A stretch of 64,000 nucleotides of DNA, from positions 64,919 through 128,918 of the forward strand of contig CAYRLW010000004.1 in the NCBI GenBank assembly GCA_964425215.1, given 5' to 3'. Within the stretch, counting starts at the first letter, position 1; each line of letters starts with the position of its first letter. The position numbers were made by a program, and so were the translations under genes. This stretch comes from an uncultured Treponema sp. (lineage in GTDB: Bacteria > Spirochaetota > Spirochaetia > Treponematales > Breznakiellaceae). Positions 45,752 to 55,650 of the stretch are shown piece by piece. Below the pieces are notes generated by a model. It did not search any database. It saw only the letters and a list, made by a program, of their open reading frames with translations, and was not told the origin of the DNA.

Positions 45752-46659
45752 ATAACCGTGGGGCAAAATATCTTTTGGCGTTCGTCGTCCTCCTATGCGT
45801 TCCTCTGCTTACCATGCACGCCCAAACCTATGTGGAACCGGCCTTAGGAGCGGACCTGGTCAGCCCTTCCGCCCTTTTTGGGGAGCTTAAGGGAGGGCTT
45901 TCTGCGGAAAGTCCCGCCGAATCGGAAACCTACGGCCGGATCTTCGGGACCTACGACCTATCCGGCCCCTCGGTAACCGCCCTTAGGCCCCTAAAGGCCG
46001 ACGTCGGGGCGGAAACGTCCTTTTTTGTCGGTACCTGGGTTCCCCTTGTGGGCCTGTACGGGGGCCTCAGTTCCCCCGACGGTTCTACCGGTACGGCGTA
46101 TAGCCGCGTATCCTTCTCCCTTACCGGAAATGGGGAAGATGCCTCGATTCTGATGGCTACCGATGGGACCCTGTGGTACGGAGTCGAAGCAGGGGCCGAG
46201 CTCGCGGGTCGATTAGGCTTTTCTTACCTGGCGGGTCCCCTGGTTATCAAACCCCTTTTGGGCGCTTCGGCCTTTTATGTCTCGGGGCTTTTGCGGTCCT
46301 GGACCCTCCGGCCCGCGCTTTCCCTTTCCTGGTACCCCACCTTCCCGCTCCAAGCCGACGTGGGCGGGGGTTGGAAACACTCCCTGGATACCCCTGGCAC
46401 CTCCGGGGATTCTTTCCCCTGGTCCCTCCGCATATCCGCCCAAAGCGCCGACCGCTGGGGTTTTATGGTTTCCGCGGAAGGGGAGTCCTCTGTTGATAGG
46501 TTTTTCGGAACCGTTGAAGGGGAACTGACCTTTGACCTGGTCCGGCGTGCTTCCTATTCATCCTGGATCTTCCTTCGATCCATCGGCGGTTTTGATACCT
46601 CCGTTTCTTCTAGTCCCACGGGGTGGTACCTCTGTAGCGGTGTGGCCTTTAATTTTTAA
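45748..46659 (+). CDS. outer-membrane beta-barrel candidate (303 aa)
   Basis: Signal peptide, alternating amphipathic strands, C-terminal ...GVAFNF; TTG start overlapping previous stop. Confidence 0.4.
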   Translation: MNNRGAKYLLAFVVLLCVPLLTMHAQTYVEPALGADLVSPSALFGELKGGLSAESPAESETYGRIFGTYDLSGPSVTALRPLKADVGAETSFFVGTWVPLVGLYGGLSSPDGSTGTAYSRVSFSLTGNGEDASILMATDGTLWYGVEAGAELAGRLGFSYLAGPLVIKPLLGASAFYVSGLLRSWTLRPALSLSWYPTFPLQADVGGGWKHSLDTPGTSGDSFPWSLRISAQSADRWGFMVSAEGESSVDRFFGTVEGELTFDLVRRASYSSWIFLRSIGGFDTSVSSSPTGWYLCSGVAFNF

Positions 46660-46831
46660 GAATTTTAAGACTTCTAGAATCTACGACCCATAATTCCGGA
46701 TGCCGACCGCCGTACCCGCCTTCTATTACCTCCGATTGGTTGATTGGCTTCGGTCCGACCGGCTTGCTCATTGTTTTATCGATGGTTTTTTGCTATCTTA
46801 TATGTTGAGATTAAAACTAAGGATTTTACGG

Positions 46832-47143
46832 ATGCCCGTTATAAAAGATTTTGGTACCGAATTGGCGGTGGAGGATAATCAAAAGCTGAAGGAACCCGAA
46901 AATTATCGGGTTATTTTGCTAAACGATGATTTTACCACCATGGAATTTGTGGTTCATGTGCTGGTTACGGTATTCCGAAAATCCGAAGCGGATGCTCAAC
47001 GGATCATGTTGGACGTGCATCGAAAAGGCCGGGGTGTCGTGGGGGTGTATACCTGGGATATAGCGGTTACTAAGGCCGAAGAAGTTCATATCATGGCCCG
47101 TAAAGAGGAATTTCCCCTCCGTTGTGTGGTGGAAAAAGCGTAA
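46832..47143 (+). CDS. clpS: ATP-dependent Clp protease adaptor ClpS
   Basis: YRVILLNDDFTTMEFVVHVL...AQRIMLDVHRKGRGVVGVYTWDIA is a near-canonical ClpS core; listed ORF extends further 5' but the ATG at 46832 gives the usual ~103 aa. Confidence 0.85.
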   Translation: MPVIKDFGTELAVEDNQKLKEPENYRVILLNDDFTTMEFVVHVLVTVFRKSEADAQRIMLDVHRKGRGVVGVYTWDIAVTKAEEVHIMARKEEFPLRCVVEKA

Positions 47144-47173
47144 GGGCGACGAAGAGAGAGGAGTAGCGGAACT

Positions 47174-49579
47174 ATGAAAATCAGCCGCCATGTGCAGGCT
47201 ATAATTAACGCGGCGTATAACGAAGCCAAAGTCCGGTCCCATGAGTACCTAACCCCGGAACACGTTCTCTACGCCGCCCTGTCTTTTAGCGAAGTTCAAG
47301 AGATTTTTACCGCCTGCGGGGCCGATTTGGACCAAATTAGAAAGGGCATGGAGAATTATTTTGAACAGAAGGTCCCGGTAGTTCAAAACGCCGAACCCAC
47401 CCAAACGGTGGGGTTCCAAAGCGTCCTTGAACGGGCGGTTCTCCACAGCCAGTCTTCCCAAAAGGATCAATTGGATGTTTCGGATATCCTGGTTTCCCTT
47501 TACGACGAGGAACGAAACTACTGCGCCTATTACCTGCGGAAAGCGGGGGTCAAACGGCTAGAATTATTGGAAGTTCTCTCCCACGGCACACGGTTTTCCG
47601 ATGAGGGGGACTTTGACGTACATAAGGATGAAACGGCCAATTCCTTGGAAGACGAACTCGACGGGGCCGACGACGAGGAAGAGCCCAAAATCGAACAGGA
47701 ATCCCCCGTCAAACCGGCTCGCAAAGGAGCCCTGGAGCGATTTTCCATCAACCTTACCACCTTGGCTAGGGAGGGAAAACTAGAACCGGTTATCGGCCGG
47801 GAGCGGGAATTGGAGCGGACCATTCAGGTCCTGTGCCGCCGGCTTAAAAATAACCCCATCCACGTGGGCGATTCGGGGGTCGGCAAAACCGCTATCACCG
47901 AAGGGCTCGCGCAGATGATCGTGGCGGACCAGGTTCCCCCCACCTTACGGGGCTTTTCAATTTACGCTCTGGATATGGGGGCCCTGGTCGCTGGAACCAA
48001 GTATCGGGGTGATTTTGAGGATCGGATTAAAAAAGTCGTGGACGATATCGTAAAAAAAGAGAAGGCCATCCTCTTTATCGATGAGATCCACACCCTTGTC
48101 GGGGCGGGCGCCGTTTCCGGCGGTTCTCTGGACGCGTCGAACCTTTTAAAGCCCGCGTTGACTTCGGGAAAGATCCGGTGCATCGGATCCACCACCCACG
48201 AAGAATACACCAAATACTTTGAGAAGGACCGGGCCCTTTCCCGACGCTTTCAAAAAATCGATATAAACGAACCCTCCGAATCCGACGCCATACTGATACT
48301 GAAGGGCCTGCGAAAAAATTACGAGGAGTTCCATCGGGTGACCTACACGGACGACGCGCTGGAAACCGCGGTTCGCCTTTCGGCCCAATATATCAACGAC
48401 CGGCGGCTTCCCGACAAGGCTATCGACGTGATCGACGAAGCGGGGGCCTTTGCTCGGATCGAGGCGTATAAAAACGATGCTTCTAAAAACAAAGGGTCTA
48501 AAAGTGAAGGTACCCCAAAGAACCTGGAGGAAGGCTTATTACCCCCGGAGCCGGAAGCCTCCGGGGCTCTGGAAAAATCGGAAGAACCTATCGTCATCGA
48601 TGTCCCTAAAATAGAGACGGTGGTGGCCCGAATCGCCCGTATCCCCGAACGGTCGGTGGGGGAAAGCGAAAAGGATAAGCTAAAGTATCTGGAATTCCGT
48701 TTAAAAGAACGGATCTTTGGGCAGGATCAGGCGGTTTTAGCGGTGGTGAACGCGGTCAAACGGTCCCGGGCTGGTTTCCGTTCGGCGAACAAGCCGGTGG
48801 CCAACTTCCTCTTCGTGGGTCCCACGGGGGTGGGGAAAACCGAATTAGCCCGTTCCCTAGCCGACCTGCTGGGCGTATCGCTTCATCGCTTTGATATGAG
48901 CGAGTACCAGGAAAAGCATACGGTGAGCCGGCTGATCGGTTCACCTCCGGGGTACGTGGGTTACGAAGAGGGGGGACTCTTGACCGACGCGATACGGAAA
49001 CAACCCCACGCGGTGGTTCTTTTGGATGAAATAGAAAAAGCCCACTCGGATATTTATAACATCCTATTACAGATAATGGATTACGCGACCTTAACCGATA
49101 ATAACGGTAGAAAGGCGGATTTTAGGAACGTGGTATTGATTATGACGAGCAACGCCGGCACCCGGGATATAGGGAAGAGTCTTATCGGCTTTGGGGAGCG
49201 GAAGGTGGATGAAACCGCCGTGGACGGGGCCCTGGAGCGGATCTTTACCCCCGAATTCCGTAACCGGCTCGACGCGGTGGTTCGCTTTAACCACCTATCC
49301 CAGGAAGTCATGACCTCCATCGTCCGTAAAGAATTGGACGCCTTCAGCCGTCAGCTCGCGGAGAAAAAGGTTTCCTTGGATGTTTCGGACGAATGCGTGG
49401 CCCACCTGGCCCAGGATGGGTACAGCGCCGAGTTTGGCGCCCGAAACGTGGCCCGCTTGGTGGAAGATAAGATCAAGGCCTTCTTTGTGGACCAGGTCCT
49501 TTTTGGGGAACTAAGCGACGGCGGAAGGGCTAAAGCGGATTGGAAAGACGGGGAATATCGAATAACGGTGGTTGCTTAA
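47174..49579 (+). CDS. clpA: ATP-dependent Clp protease ATP-binding subunit ClpA
   Basis: Clp N-domain, two AAA+ modules (GDSGVGKTA Walker A D1; GPTGVGKTE Walker A D2), ClpA-type linker; directly after clpS. Confidence 0.9.
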   Translation: MKISRHVQAIINAAYNEAKVRSHEYLTPEHVLYAALSFSEVQEIFTACGADLDQIRKGMENYFEQKVPVVQNAEPTQTVGFQSVLERAVLHSQSSQKDQLDVSDILVSLYDEERNYCAYYLRKAGVKRLELLEVLSHGTRFSDEGDFDVHKDETANSLEDELDGADDEEEPKIEQESPVKPARKGALERFSINLTTLAREGKLEPVIGRERELERTIQVLCRRLKNNPIHVGDSGVGKTAITEGLAQMIVADQVPPTLRGFSIYALDMGALVAGTKYRGDFEDRIKKVVDDIVKKEKAILFIDEIHTLVGAGAVSGGSLDASNLLKPALTSGKIRCIGSTTHEEYTKYFEKDRALSRRFQKIDINEPSESDAILILKGLRKNYEEFHRVTYTDDALETAVRLSAQYINDRRLPDKAIDVIDEAGAFARIEAYKNDASKNKGSKSEGTPKNLEEGLLPPEPEASGALEKSEEPIVIDVPKIETVVARIARIPERSVGESEKDKLKYLEFRLKERIFGQDQAVLAVVNAVKRSRAGFRSANKPVANFLFVGPTGVGKTELARSLADLLGVSLHRFDMSEYQEKHTVSRLIGSPPGYVGYEEGGLLTDAIRKQPHAVVLLDEIEKAHSDIYNILLQIMDYATLTDNNGRKADFRNVVLIMTSNAGTRDIGKSLIGFGERKVDETAVDGALERIFTPEFRNRLDAVVRFNHLSQEVMTSIVRKELDAFSRQLAEKKVSLDVSDECVAHLAQDGYSAEFGARNVARLVEDKIKAFFVDQVLFGELSDGGRAKADWKDGEYRITVVA

Positions 49580-50399
49580 GATGAGTCGACAATGGAAAAG
49601 AGGATCCGATCCCCAGTTTCCCCATTTAACGGAACGGGAACGGTTCTCTTTTCCCGATCCCGAGGTTACTGAAGACGGTGTGGTGGGAGTCGGCGGCAAT
49701 CTTTCTCCGGGGATGCTTCTTTCGGCCTACGAACAGGGCGTATTTCCCTGGTATGGCCCCGCGGACCCCATCGTTTGGCATTCCCCCGACCCGCGTTTTG
49801 TTTTATTCCCCGCCAATTTACACATTTCCCAATCCATGCGGAAGGTTTTTAAGAAGCGCTATTTCGAATTGAGCCTGGACCGGGATTTTAACGGGGTTAT
49901 TCGAAATTGCGCTTTGGTCGAAAGGCCGGGTCAAAACGGAACCTGGATTACCAAAGAAATGATCGAATCCTACACGGAACTCCACCGCCTGGGTTGGGCC
50001 CATTCGGCGGAAGCGTACCGGGATGGAGAGCTCGTGGGGGGCTGTTACGGCATTAGGCTCGGGAACGCTTTTTTTGGGGAATCCATGTTTGCCCTCCAAC
50101 CCAACGCCTCAAAAGCCGCCTTTTTAGCCCTAGCCCAGCTTCTCTTCTCCGACGAAGTACGGTTTATCGATTGTCAGGTTCCCACGGAACACCTTCGGAG
50201 CCTGGGAGCCCAGGAAATTAGCCGCCGAGAATTCCTTGCCCGGCTGTATTCCGCCCTGGCCGTCCGAAATTCTTCCATCCGCATGGAATCCATCATCGCC
50301 GGCCCCAACGCCAATACCCACGCCGCTTCCGACGAAGCGGACCGCCGGGGCAATTGGGGACACCGCTACGTCCGTTTCCCAGAGATGGATAGCCTATAG
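49572..50399 (+). CDS. aat: leucyl/phenylalanyl-tRNA--protein transferase
   Basis: Conserved FPW...VWHSPDPR, GGCYG, ESMFA motifs; overlaps clpA stop. Confidence 0.85.
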   Translation: MLKMSRQWKRGSDPQFPHLTERERFSFPDPEVTEDGVVGVGGNLSPGMLLSAYEQGVFPWYGPADPIVWHSPDPRFVLFPANLHISQSMRKVFKKRYFELSLDRDFNGVIRNCALVERPGQNGTWITKEMIESYTELHRLGWAHSAEAYRDGELVGGCYGIRLGNAFFGESMFALQPNASKAAFLALAQLLFSDEVRFIDCQVPTEHLRSLGAQEISRREFLARLYSALAVRNSSIRMESIIAGPNANTHAASDEADRRGNWGHRYVRFPEMDSL

Positions 50400-50416
50400 G
50401 GTGCCCCGTTTTTCTT

Positions 50417-51289
50417 CTACTTCTCTTCCTCTTTTTTAGAAGTAACGCCGGCTAAATCGCCGATGACGTTTACCAGTTGACCATTTTGGGGCAACACGAT
50501 TTTAGCGTTGTTCTTTAAGGCCTCTTCCACCGTTTGGAGCCTTCGCAAGAGCTGGGCGTTTCCGACGAAATACTTATCCGCCGCCTCGTTGACCAGCTTA
50601 ATCGCCTGGGCTTCCCCTTCGGCCTTGAGAATTTCCGCTTGCCGGAATCCTTCGGCCTTTTTAATCTCCGCCCTCTTTTGGCCGTCCGCCATGGTTTCCG
50701 TGGCGGTGGCAAAATCGATGGCGGCGATTTTTTCGTTTTCCGCTTTGACGACCTTGTTCATCGTCTCCTGCACGTCCTTCGGCGGATCGATTTCCTTAAG
50801 TTCCGTGCGGACCACCGCGATACCCCAGTTTTTTGTTTCGTTCAGCAGGGTCTCCAGCAGTTCCGAATTTATTTTTGACCGCTCGCTGTTGGCGCTCTTT
50901 AGCGTCATGGTTCCGATGATATTACGCAGGGTTGTCCGGGCTAGGTTTACGATCTGCCATTGATAGTTATTCACGTTATACTGGGATGCCTTGACGCTTT
51001 CTTCGTCCGGTTTTACCCGGAAATAGACTTGAGCATCCACCCGGGCGTTCAAATTATCGTTGGTAATAATTTCCTGGGGTTCCGCGTCCACCATCTGTTC
51101 GGTGGTGTTAATTTGGTACATTCTTTTGATGATGGGAAATATCCAGTGGAAGCCCGGTTCCGCGAAGCCGGAATATTTTCCCAAGGTTTCGATTAAGCCC
51201 CTATGGGTTGGCCGGATGATCCGGATACCCGAAAAAAAGAGAACGAGTACCGCGAGAATTACAACGTACAGTATGGGTAAGGTGAACAT
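50417..51289 (-). CDS. SPFH/band-7 (stomatin/HflC-like) membrane protein
   Basis: N-terminal TM, SPFH core (IRPTHRGLIETLGKY...NDNLNARVDAQVYFRV), C-terminal coiled coil; start set at ATG preceded by AAGGGGG RBS. Confidence 0.75.
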   Translation of the reverse strand: MFTLPILYVVILAVLVLFFSGIRIIRPTHRGLIETLGKYSGFAEPGFHWIFPIIKRMYQINTTEQMVDAEPQEIITNDNLNARVDAQVYFRVKPDEESVKASQYNVNNYQWQIVNLARTTLRNIIGTMTLKSANSERSKINSELLETLLNETKNWGIAVVRTELKEIDPPKDVQETMNKVVKAENEKIAAIDFATATETMADGQKRAEIKKAEGFRQAEILKAEGEAQAIKLVNEAADKYFVGNAQLLRRLQTVEEALKNNAKIVLPQNGQLVNVIGDLAGVTSKKEEEK

Positions 51290-51380
51290 AACAGGATCCC
51301 CCTTTATTGTAAGTATACTTCTCTTTCGTCCTGGGGTCACTAAAATTGATACGTCCGGGGTTTTATGGTATATTTTTTGC

Positions 51381-51803
51381 ATGATATCGATTATTGAACG
51401 GGATACCCAGTGTTTTTGTTGCGGAACCGAAAACGATAGGGGGCTCCACCTCCAGTTTTCGTACCCGAATACCGGGGAAGCCGAAACTTACCTAGTAATT
51501 CCGGATTATTTTTCCGGCTGGAAACGAACGACCCACGGGGGCTTCCTTTCCATGCTGTTGGATGAAATTATGGCCCACGCTATCCTGTATTCCCAAAGGG
51601 GTGGGGAAGGGGTGGAAAAAACCGCGGTTACCGCTGAAATAACGGTTCGTTTTAAAAAGCCCGTAGAAACGGGGAGTCGAGTTCGGGTCGTCGGTAGGGT
51701 CGTGGAAACCAAGGGTCGGCTCGTAACGACCGAGGCGTGGGTCTACGACCAAAACGGCGACGTCGCGGCGGAAGGGAAGGCCCGATTTTTGGTTACGGGA
51801 TAA
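51381..51803 (+). CDS. PaaI/YbgC-like hotdog-fold thioesterase with N-terminal Cys motif
   Basis: HGG...LDE hotdog motif (THGGFLSMLLDEIMAHA); C..CC N-terminus; in-frame ATG chosen inside the longer listed ORF. Confidence 0.65.
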   Translation: MISIIERDTQCFCCGTENDRGLHLQFSYPNTGEAETYLVIPDYFSGWKRTTHGGFLSMLLDEIMAHAILYSQRGGEGVEKTAVTAEITVRFKKPVETGSRVRVVGRVVETKGRLVTTEAWVYDQNGDVAAEGKARFLVTG

Positions 51804-52533
51804 ACTGGTACCCCAGACCCCGGACCGTCACAATATGCCGCCCTTGACCCTCCGTATCCCCGATTTTTTTCCGTAACCAGGCGATATGGACGTCCACGGT
51901 CCGGGTAGAGGTGTCGTTCCCGTAACCCCAGACCGTTTCTAACAGCTGTTCCCGGGAGACAATTTGCAGGGGATGGTCCGTAAGAAACGAAAGGAGTTTG
52001 TATTCCTGGGCCGAGAGGGTAAAGCGCTCCTGTCCCCGCTTTACCTCGGCGGTGGCGAAGTTGATAGAAAAGCCTTCGTACCGTTCTTCTCCCCGTTTGG
52101 TTATAGTTTTATCCAAAACCAGCGGATCCGGGGCGCCTTTTGTAAGGCTTCGCCGGATAATAGCTTCCATCCGGGCCAACAGCTCTTCCATTTCAAAGGG
52201 TTTACAAAGGTAATCGTCGGCCCCAAGCTTTAGCCCCGCTACCTTGTCCACCGTCTGGCCCCGGGCGGTGAGCAGAAGGATAGGGCTTAAAATCCCTAAA
52301 GAACGAAGATCCTGGCATACGTCAAAGCCGTTTTTCCGGGGAAGCATCACGTCTAAAAGGATGATATCAAAGGGCTGGGTTTTAGCGGTTTCAAAGCCCT
52401 CTTGGCCATCCATGGCCGACGTGACCTGGTAACCCTCCGCTTCCAATCGATCGGTTAGGGTCATAACAAGGCCCGGTTCGTCTTCTACCACGAGAACCCG
52501 GATTTTTTGGGAAGCAACGGCGTCATTCCACAC
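51793..52533 (-). CDS. OmpR-family two-component response regulator
   Basis: Receiver domain (VVEDEP...D51-like LLDVMLP...K) plus winged-helix trans_reg_C (TVWGY...VDVHIAWLRKKI). Confidence 0.85.
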   Translation of the reverse strand: MWNDAVASQKIRVLVVEDEPGLVMTLTDRLEAEGYQVTSAMDGQEGFETAKTQPFDIILLDVMLPRKNGFDVCQDLRSLGILSPILLLTARGQTVDKVAGLKLGADDYLCKPFEMEELLARMEAIIRRSLTKGAPDPLVLDKTITKRGEERYEGFSINFATAEVKRGQERFTLSAQEYKLLSFLTDHPLQIVSREQLLETVWGYGNDTSTRTVDVHIAWLRKKIGDTEGQGRHIVTVRGLGYQFIP

Positions 52534-54346
52534 GGCTTAAGTCCCCGGGAAATGTAAGTATAAAAAGGGAACCCGATTCCCCCACCGCCCTATACTGTAC
52601 CGTTCCTCCGTGGATTTGAACAATACGGCGGACCACGTTTAGCCCCAAACCGCTTCCCCGACGCTGGGAGGCCCGGGCCTCTTCTCCCCGGTAAAAGGGT
52701 TCAAAGATCAAACGCCGTTCCCGTCGCGGAACCGGCTTGCCCCGATCCTGGACCCGTAACACCGCCCAAAACGATTTTTTCCAACTCCTATGGTGCCGTA
52801 ATTCCGAGTCCAGAGCCAATGAAAGGTACTTCCCCTGGGCCGCGTGTTTTATGGCGTTGGAAATCAGGTTCCCCAAAGCCATTTCTAAGGCGCTTTTATC
52901 CCCTTGGATCCAAATATCCTGTTTAATCGATACTTCTACAGAAAAATTCATCGCCTCCAAATCCTTCCGGTAGGAATCCAACACCTCGGTTACCAGGTCT
53001 CCTAAATTCAAGGATTCAAAGCTTGGCCCCTGGGCATCCCCCAAACGGGCGTACAGGAGAAGACGGTCGATTAGTTTGGTTAGCCGTTTGCTTTCCCCCT
53101 CGATGGTCTGGCCGTATTGGACCGTCCGTTCGGTATTCTTAATAATACCCGAGGCCAAATTATTGGCGGCGGAATAGATAACCGCGATGGGGGTTTTTAG
53201 CTCGTGGGTTACCGACGCGATAAACTCCCCCTGCCGTTCCGCCAGCTCTTGGGTTCTCCGGACCGCCACCGCCAGAATCCCCAGCACCAGGGCTAACAGC
53301 AGTAGAATCGCCGAACTGATGATCATGTTCCGGATCGTCGTAAGACGGACCACCGCCGCCAGGGACCCGGATCGGTGCGTCGCTTCCAGTACCCACAGGG
53401 CCCCTTCAAGACGGTCCCGGTTGCGGACCGAATAGGGGGTTAGGTAGCCTTCAGAGCGCCGATCCGGATCACCCTGGGCTATCAGACTTTCTCGGCGGGC
53501 CTGGAGCAGGGTGATAATAGGTTCGGTGGATGTCCCCTTGAGGGCTTCGGCTTTGTAGGGGGCCTGGGAAAGTTCGGTTTTTAAAAGGGGATATTGAAAA
53601 TCCGGATGTTCGAACAGCCGTGGATCCGTATCCGAACTGGATGTATACAGGATGGTCCCCCGCTTTCGGTCTATTACCCTGAAATAGTAATCCGATTTGC
53701 CAAAGAGTAGCCGTTCAGCAAGGACGGGAAGGAGCCTTTGGGCAAAGGCCTCCCGGTTTATTTTTATCCCGAGCCAAAAATAATCGCTCCCCTCACCCAA
53801 AGGGAGGGGAACCAGGAAAAGCTCCCCCTCCGCGGGATTTTTTTCCCCGTCGAAAAACCCAAACTCCATGGGATAGGTGTTGATAATCGAGGTTAAAAGC
53901 TCGGAAAATCGCAGGTCCCTTTTGGGTATAAACCTTTGACCGTCCCATTGCCAAAGGGTGGAGGGAACCCCCTGGGTTTGGGGACGTTTGAACAGGTACA
54001 AGCCATCGACAATAGAACTTTCCATTGAGTAGGCCTTCCAAATATCCCAACGGCGTTTAAAATCGGTCCAATCGTTATGTTTAAACGAATTGCTTGCCTC
54101 GTCGGCCCCCACGCCGAACACCAGGGGAAGCACGGCCACCTCGTCTTGCAGGGCCGTACTCAACCGGTTCGCGGTGCTGTACAATCCCTGGACCAGCCGA
54201 TACCGTTCCCGCTCTCCCATGTCATGGATCCATCGAAATTGAAAAAAGGCCAGCAGTATCAGCAGGGGAACCAGAGCGACGCTTATCCAGAGGGACCAGA
54301 ACCGGAATACTATCCGCATAAGGCGATTGTACCGCAAGGCTTCCAT
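52523..54346 (-). CDS. sensor histidine kinase
   Basis: Two TM segments flanking a periplasmic domain, HisKA (SVTHELKTPI), HATPase_c (N-box ISNAIKHA, G-boxes); overlaps RR start. Confidence 0.85.
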   Translation of the reverse strand: MEALRYNRLMRIVFRFWSLWISVALVPLLILLAFFQFRWIHDMGERERYRLVQGLYSTANRLSTALQDEVAVLPLVFGVGADEASNSFKHNDWTDFKRRWDIWKAYSMESSIVDGLYLFKRPQTQGVPSTLWQWDGQRFIPKRDLRFSELLTSIINTYPMEFGFFDGEKNPAEGELFLVPLPLGEGSDYFWLGIKINREAFAQRLLPVLAERLLFGKSDYYFRVIDRKRGTILYTSSSDTDPRLFEHPDFQYPLLKTELSQAPYKAEALKGTSTEPIITLLQARRESLIAQGDPDRRSEGYLTPYSVRNRDRLEGALWVLEATHRSGSLAAVVRLTTIRNMIISSAILLLLALVLGILAVAVRRTQELAERQGEFIASVTHELKTPIAVIYSAANNLASGIIKNTERTVQYGQTIEGESKRLTKLIDRLLLYARLGDAQGPSFESLNLGDLVTEVLDSYRKDLEAMNFSVEVSIKQDIWIQGDKSALEMALGNLISNAIKHAAQGKYLSLALDSELRHHRSWKKSFWAVLRVQDRGKPVPRRERRLIFEPFYRGEEARASQRRGSGLGLNVVRRIVQIHGGTVQYRAVGESGSLFILTFPGDLSRVE

Positions 54347-54487
54347 CCCGGTCCCCCATTTTTAATGCTTTCCCAAGGGATTTTACAAAGACTTAACAAT
54401 GTAAACGTCGACGACCCTATCAACAGCCCTCCGCCCTGGGTTTCGACGTACAGGCTTAACTCGGCGCTTTAGATTTTAATCCACCCG

Positions 54488-55507
54488 CTACAGACTAAGG
54501 ATCACCTTTCCGCTTTGTCCGCTGAGCATGGCGTCAAAACCCTTTTGGAAATCGTCAAAAGAGAATCGATGGGTGATTACCGGCGCGATATCAAGACCGC
54601 TGGTTAACATGGCCTGCATCTTATACCAGGTCTCAAAAATTTCCCGGCCATAAATTCCCTTCAGGTGTAATCCCTTAAAAATCACCTGGTCCCAATCGAT
54701 TTTAGTCTCCGGCGGAAGGATTCCCAGCAGGGCTATGCGGCCGCCGGGGTACATGCCCTCCAGCATGGATTCGAAGGCGGACCCAGAACCGGACATCTCT
54801 AGGCCTATATCAAAGCCCTTCATTCCCTCCCGCTGTATAAAGGCCTTTACCGAATCTTCCGTCGCGTTGATCACGTGGGTTGCCCCCATTTTAGCGGCCA
54901 ATGCGAGCCTCCAGGGGTTGATGTCCGAAACGACCACCCGGCGGGCCCCCACGTGTCGGCAGATCGCGGTGGCTAAACACCCGATGGGTCCCGCTCCGGT
55001 GATAAGTACATCCTCCCCGATCATTTCAAAGGAAAGGGCCGTGTGGGTCGCGTTCCCAAAGGGGTCCAAAATGGCCGCCACTTCGTCGCTAATGGACGGG
55101 TGGAGGCGCCAGGCGTTGCTCGCGGGAATGGACAGGTACTCGGCAAAACAACCATCCCGGTTAACCCCGATACCTTGGGTATTGGGGCAAAGGTGCCGGC
55201 GGCCTGCCAGACAGGAACGGCAGGTTCCGCAGACGATGTGCCCCTCCCCGGAGATCCGTTCTCCTATTTCCCACCCGGAAACGGAGGACCCGAGCTCCAC
55301 TATTTCCCCCACAAACTCGTGGCCTATCACCATGGGCGGTTTTATCGTTTTTTGGGACCAGCTATCCCATTTATAGATGTGCACGTCGGTGCCGCAGATG
55401 GCTACCTTTTTAATTTTAACCAAAAGATCGTTGGGACCAATGGTCGGCATGGGTACTTCTTCCATCCAGATCCCTACGCCGGCGGAACGCTTCACCAGGG
55501 CTTTCAT
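54488..55507 (-). CDS. tdh: L-threonine 3-dehydrogenase
   Basis: Very high similarity to enterobacterial Tdh along full length (MKALVK...[17 protein letters not shown]...GHE.VGE...CG.CR.C..GR.HLC....G); start moved to ATG after GGAGG RBS. Confidence 0.9.
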   Translation of the reverse strand: MKALVKRSAGVGIWMEEVPMPTIGPNDLLVKIKKVAICGTDVHIYKWDSWSQKTIKPPMVIGHEFVGEIVELGSSVSGWEIGERISGEGHIVCGTCRSCLAGRRHLCPNTQGIGVNRDGCFAEYLSIPASNAWRLHPSISDEVAAILDPFGNATHTALSFEMIGEDVLITGAGPIGCLATAICRHVGARRVVVSDINPWRLALAAKMGATHVINATEDSVKAFIQREGMKGFDIGLEMSGSGSAFESMLEGMYPGGRIALLGILPPETKIDWDQVIFKGLHLKGIYGREIFETWYKMQAMLTSGLDIAPVITHRFSFDDFQKGFDAMLSGQSGKVILSL

Positions 55508-55650
55508 CGTAGAGCCTCCATAGAGAAAAAGTATACCCGCTTCAACCAAGGGTGGGCAACCCACTTTTCACAAAACCCCCCAGGGTCTCCCAGGGGCCTC
55601 TTTTCGCGGCCTTGGTTTGCAATTATCCGTTGTTTCTGTATACTCTTGGT

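Noticed and set aside
55552-55650. Upstream extension of the GGDEF sensor ORF starting at 55552
   Set aside because: It would leave under 45 bp to the divergent tdh start. The ATG at 55651 begins a canonical signal peptide (MILRFFFFLWMGFLATVGAFA), so it was preferred.
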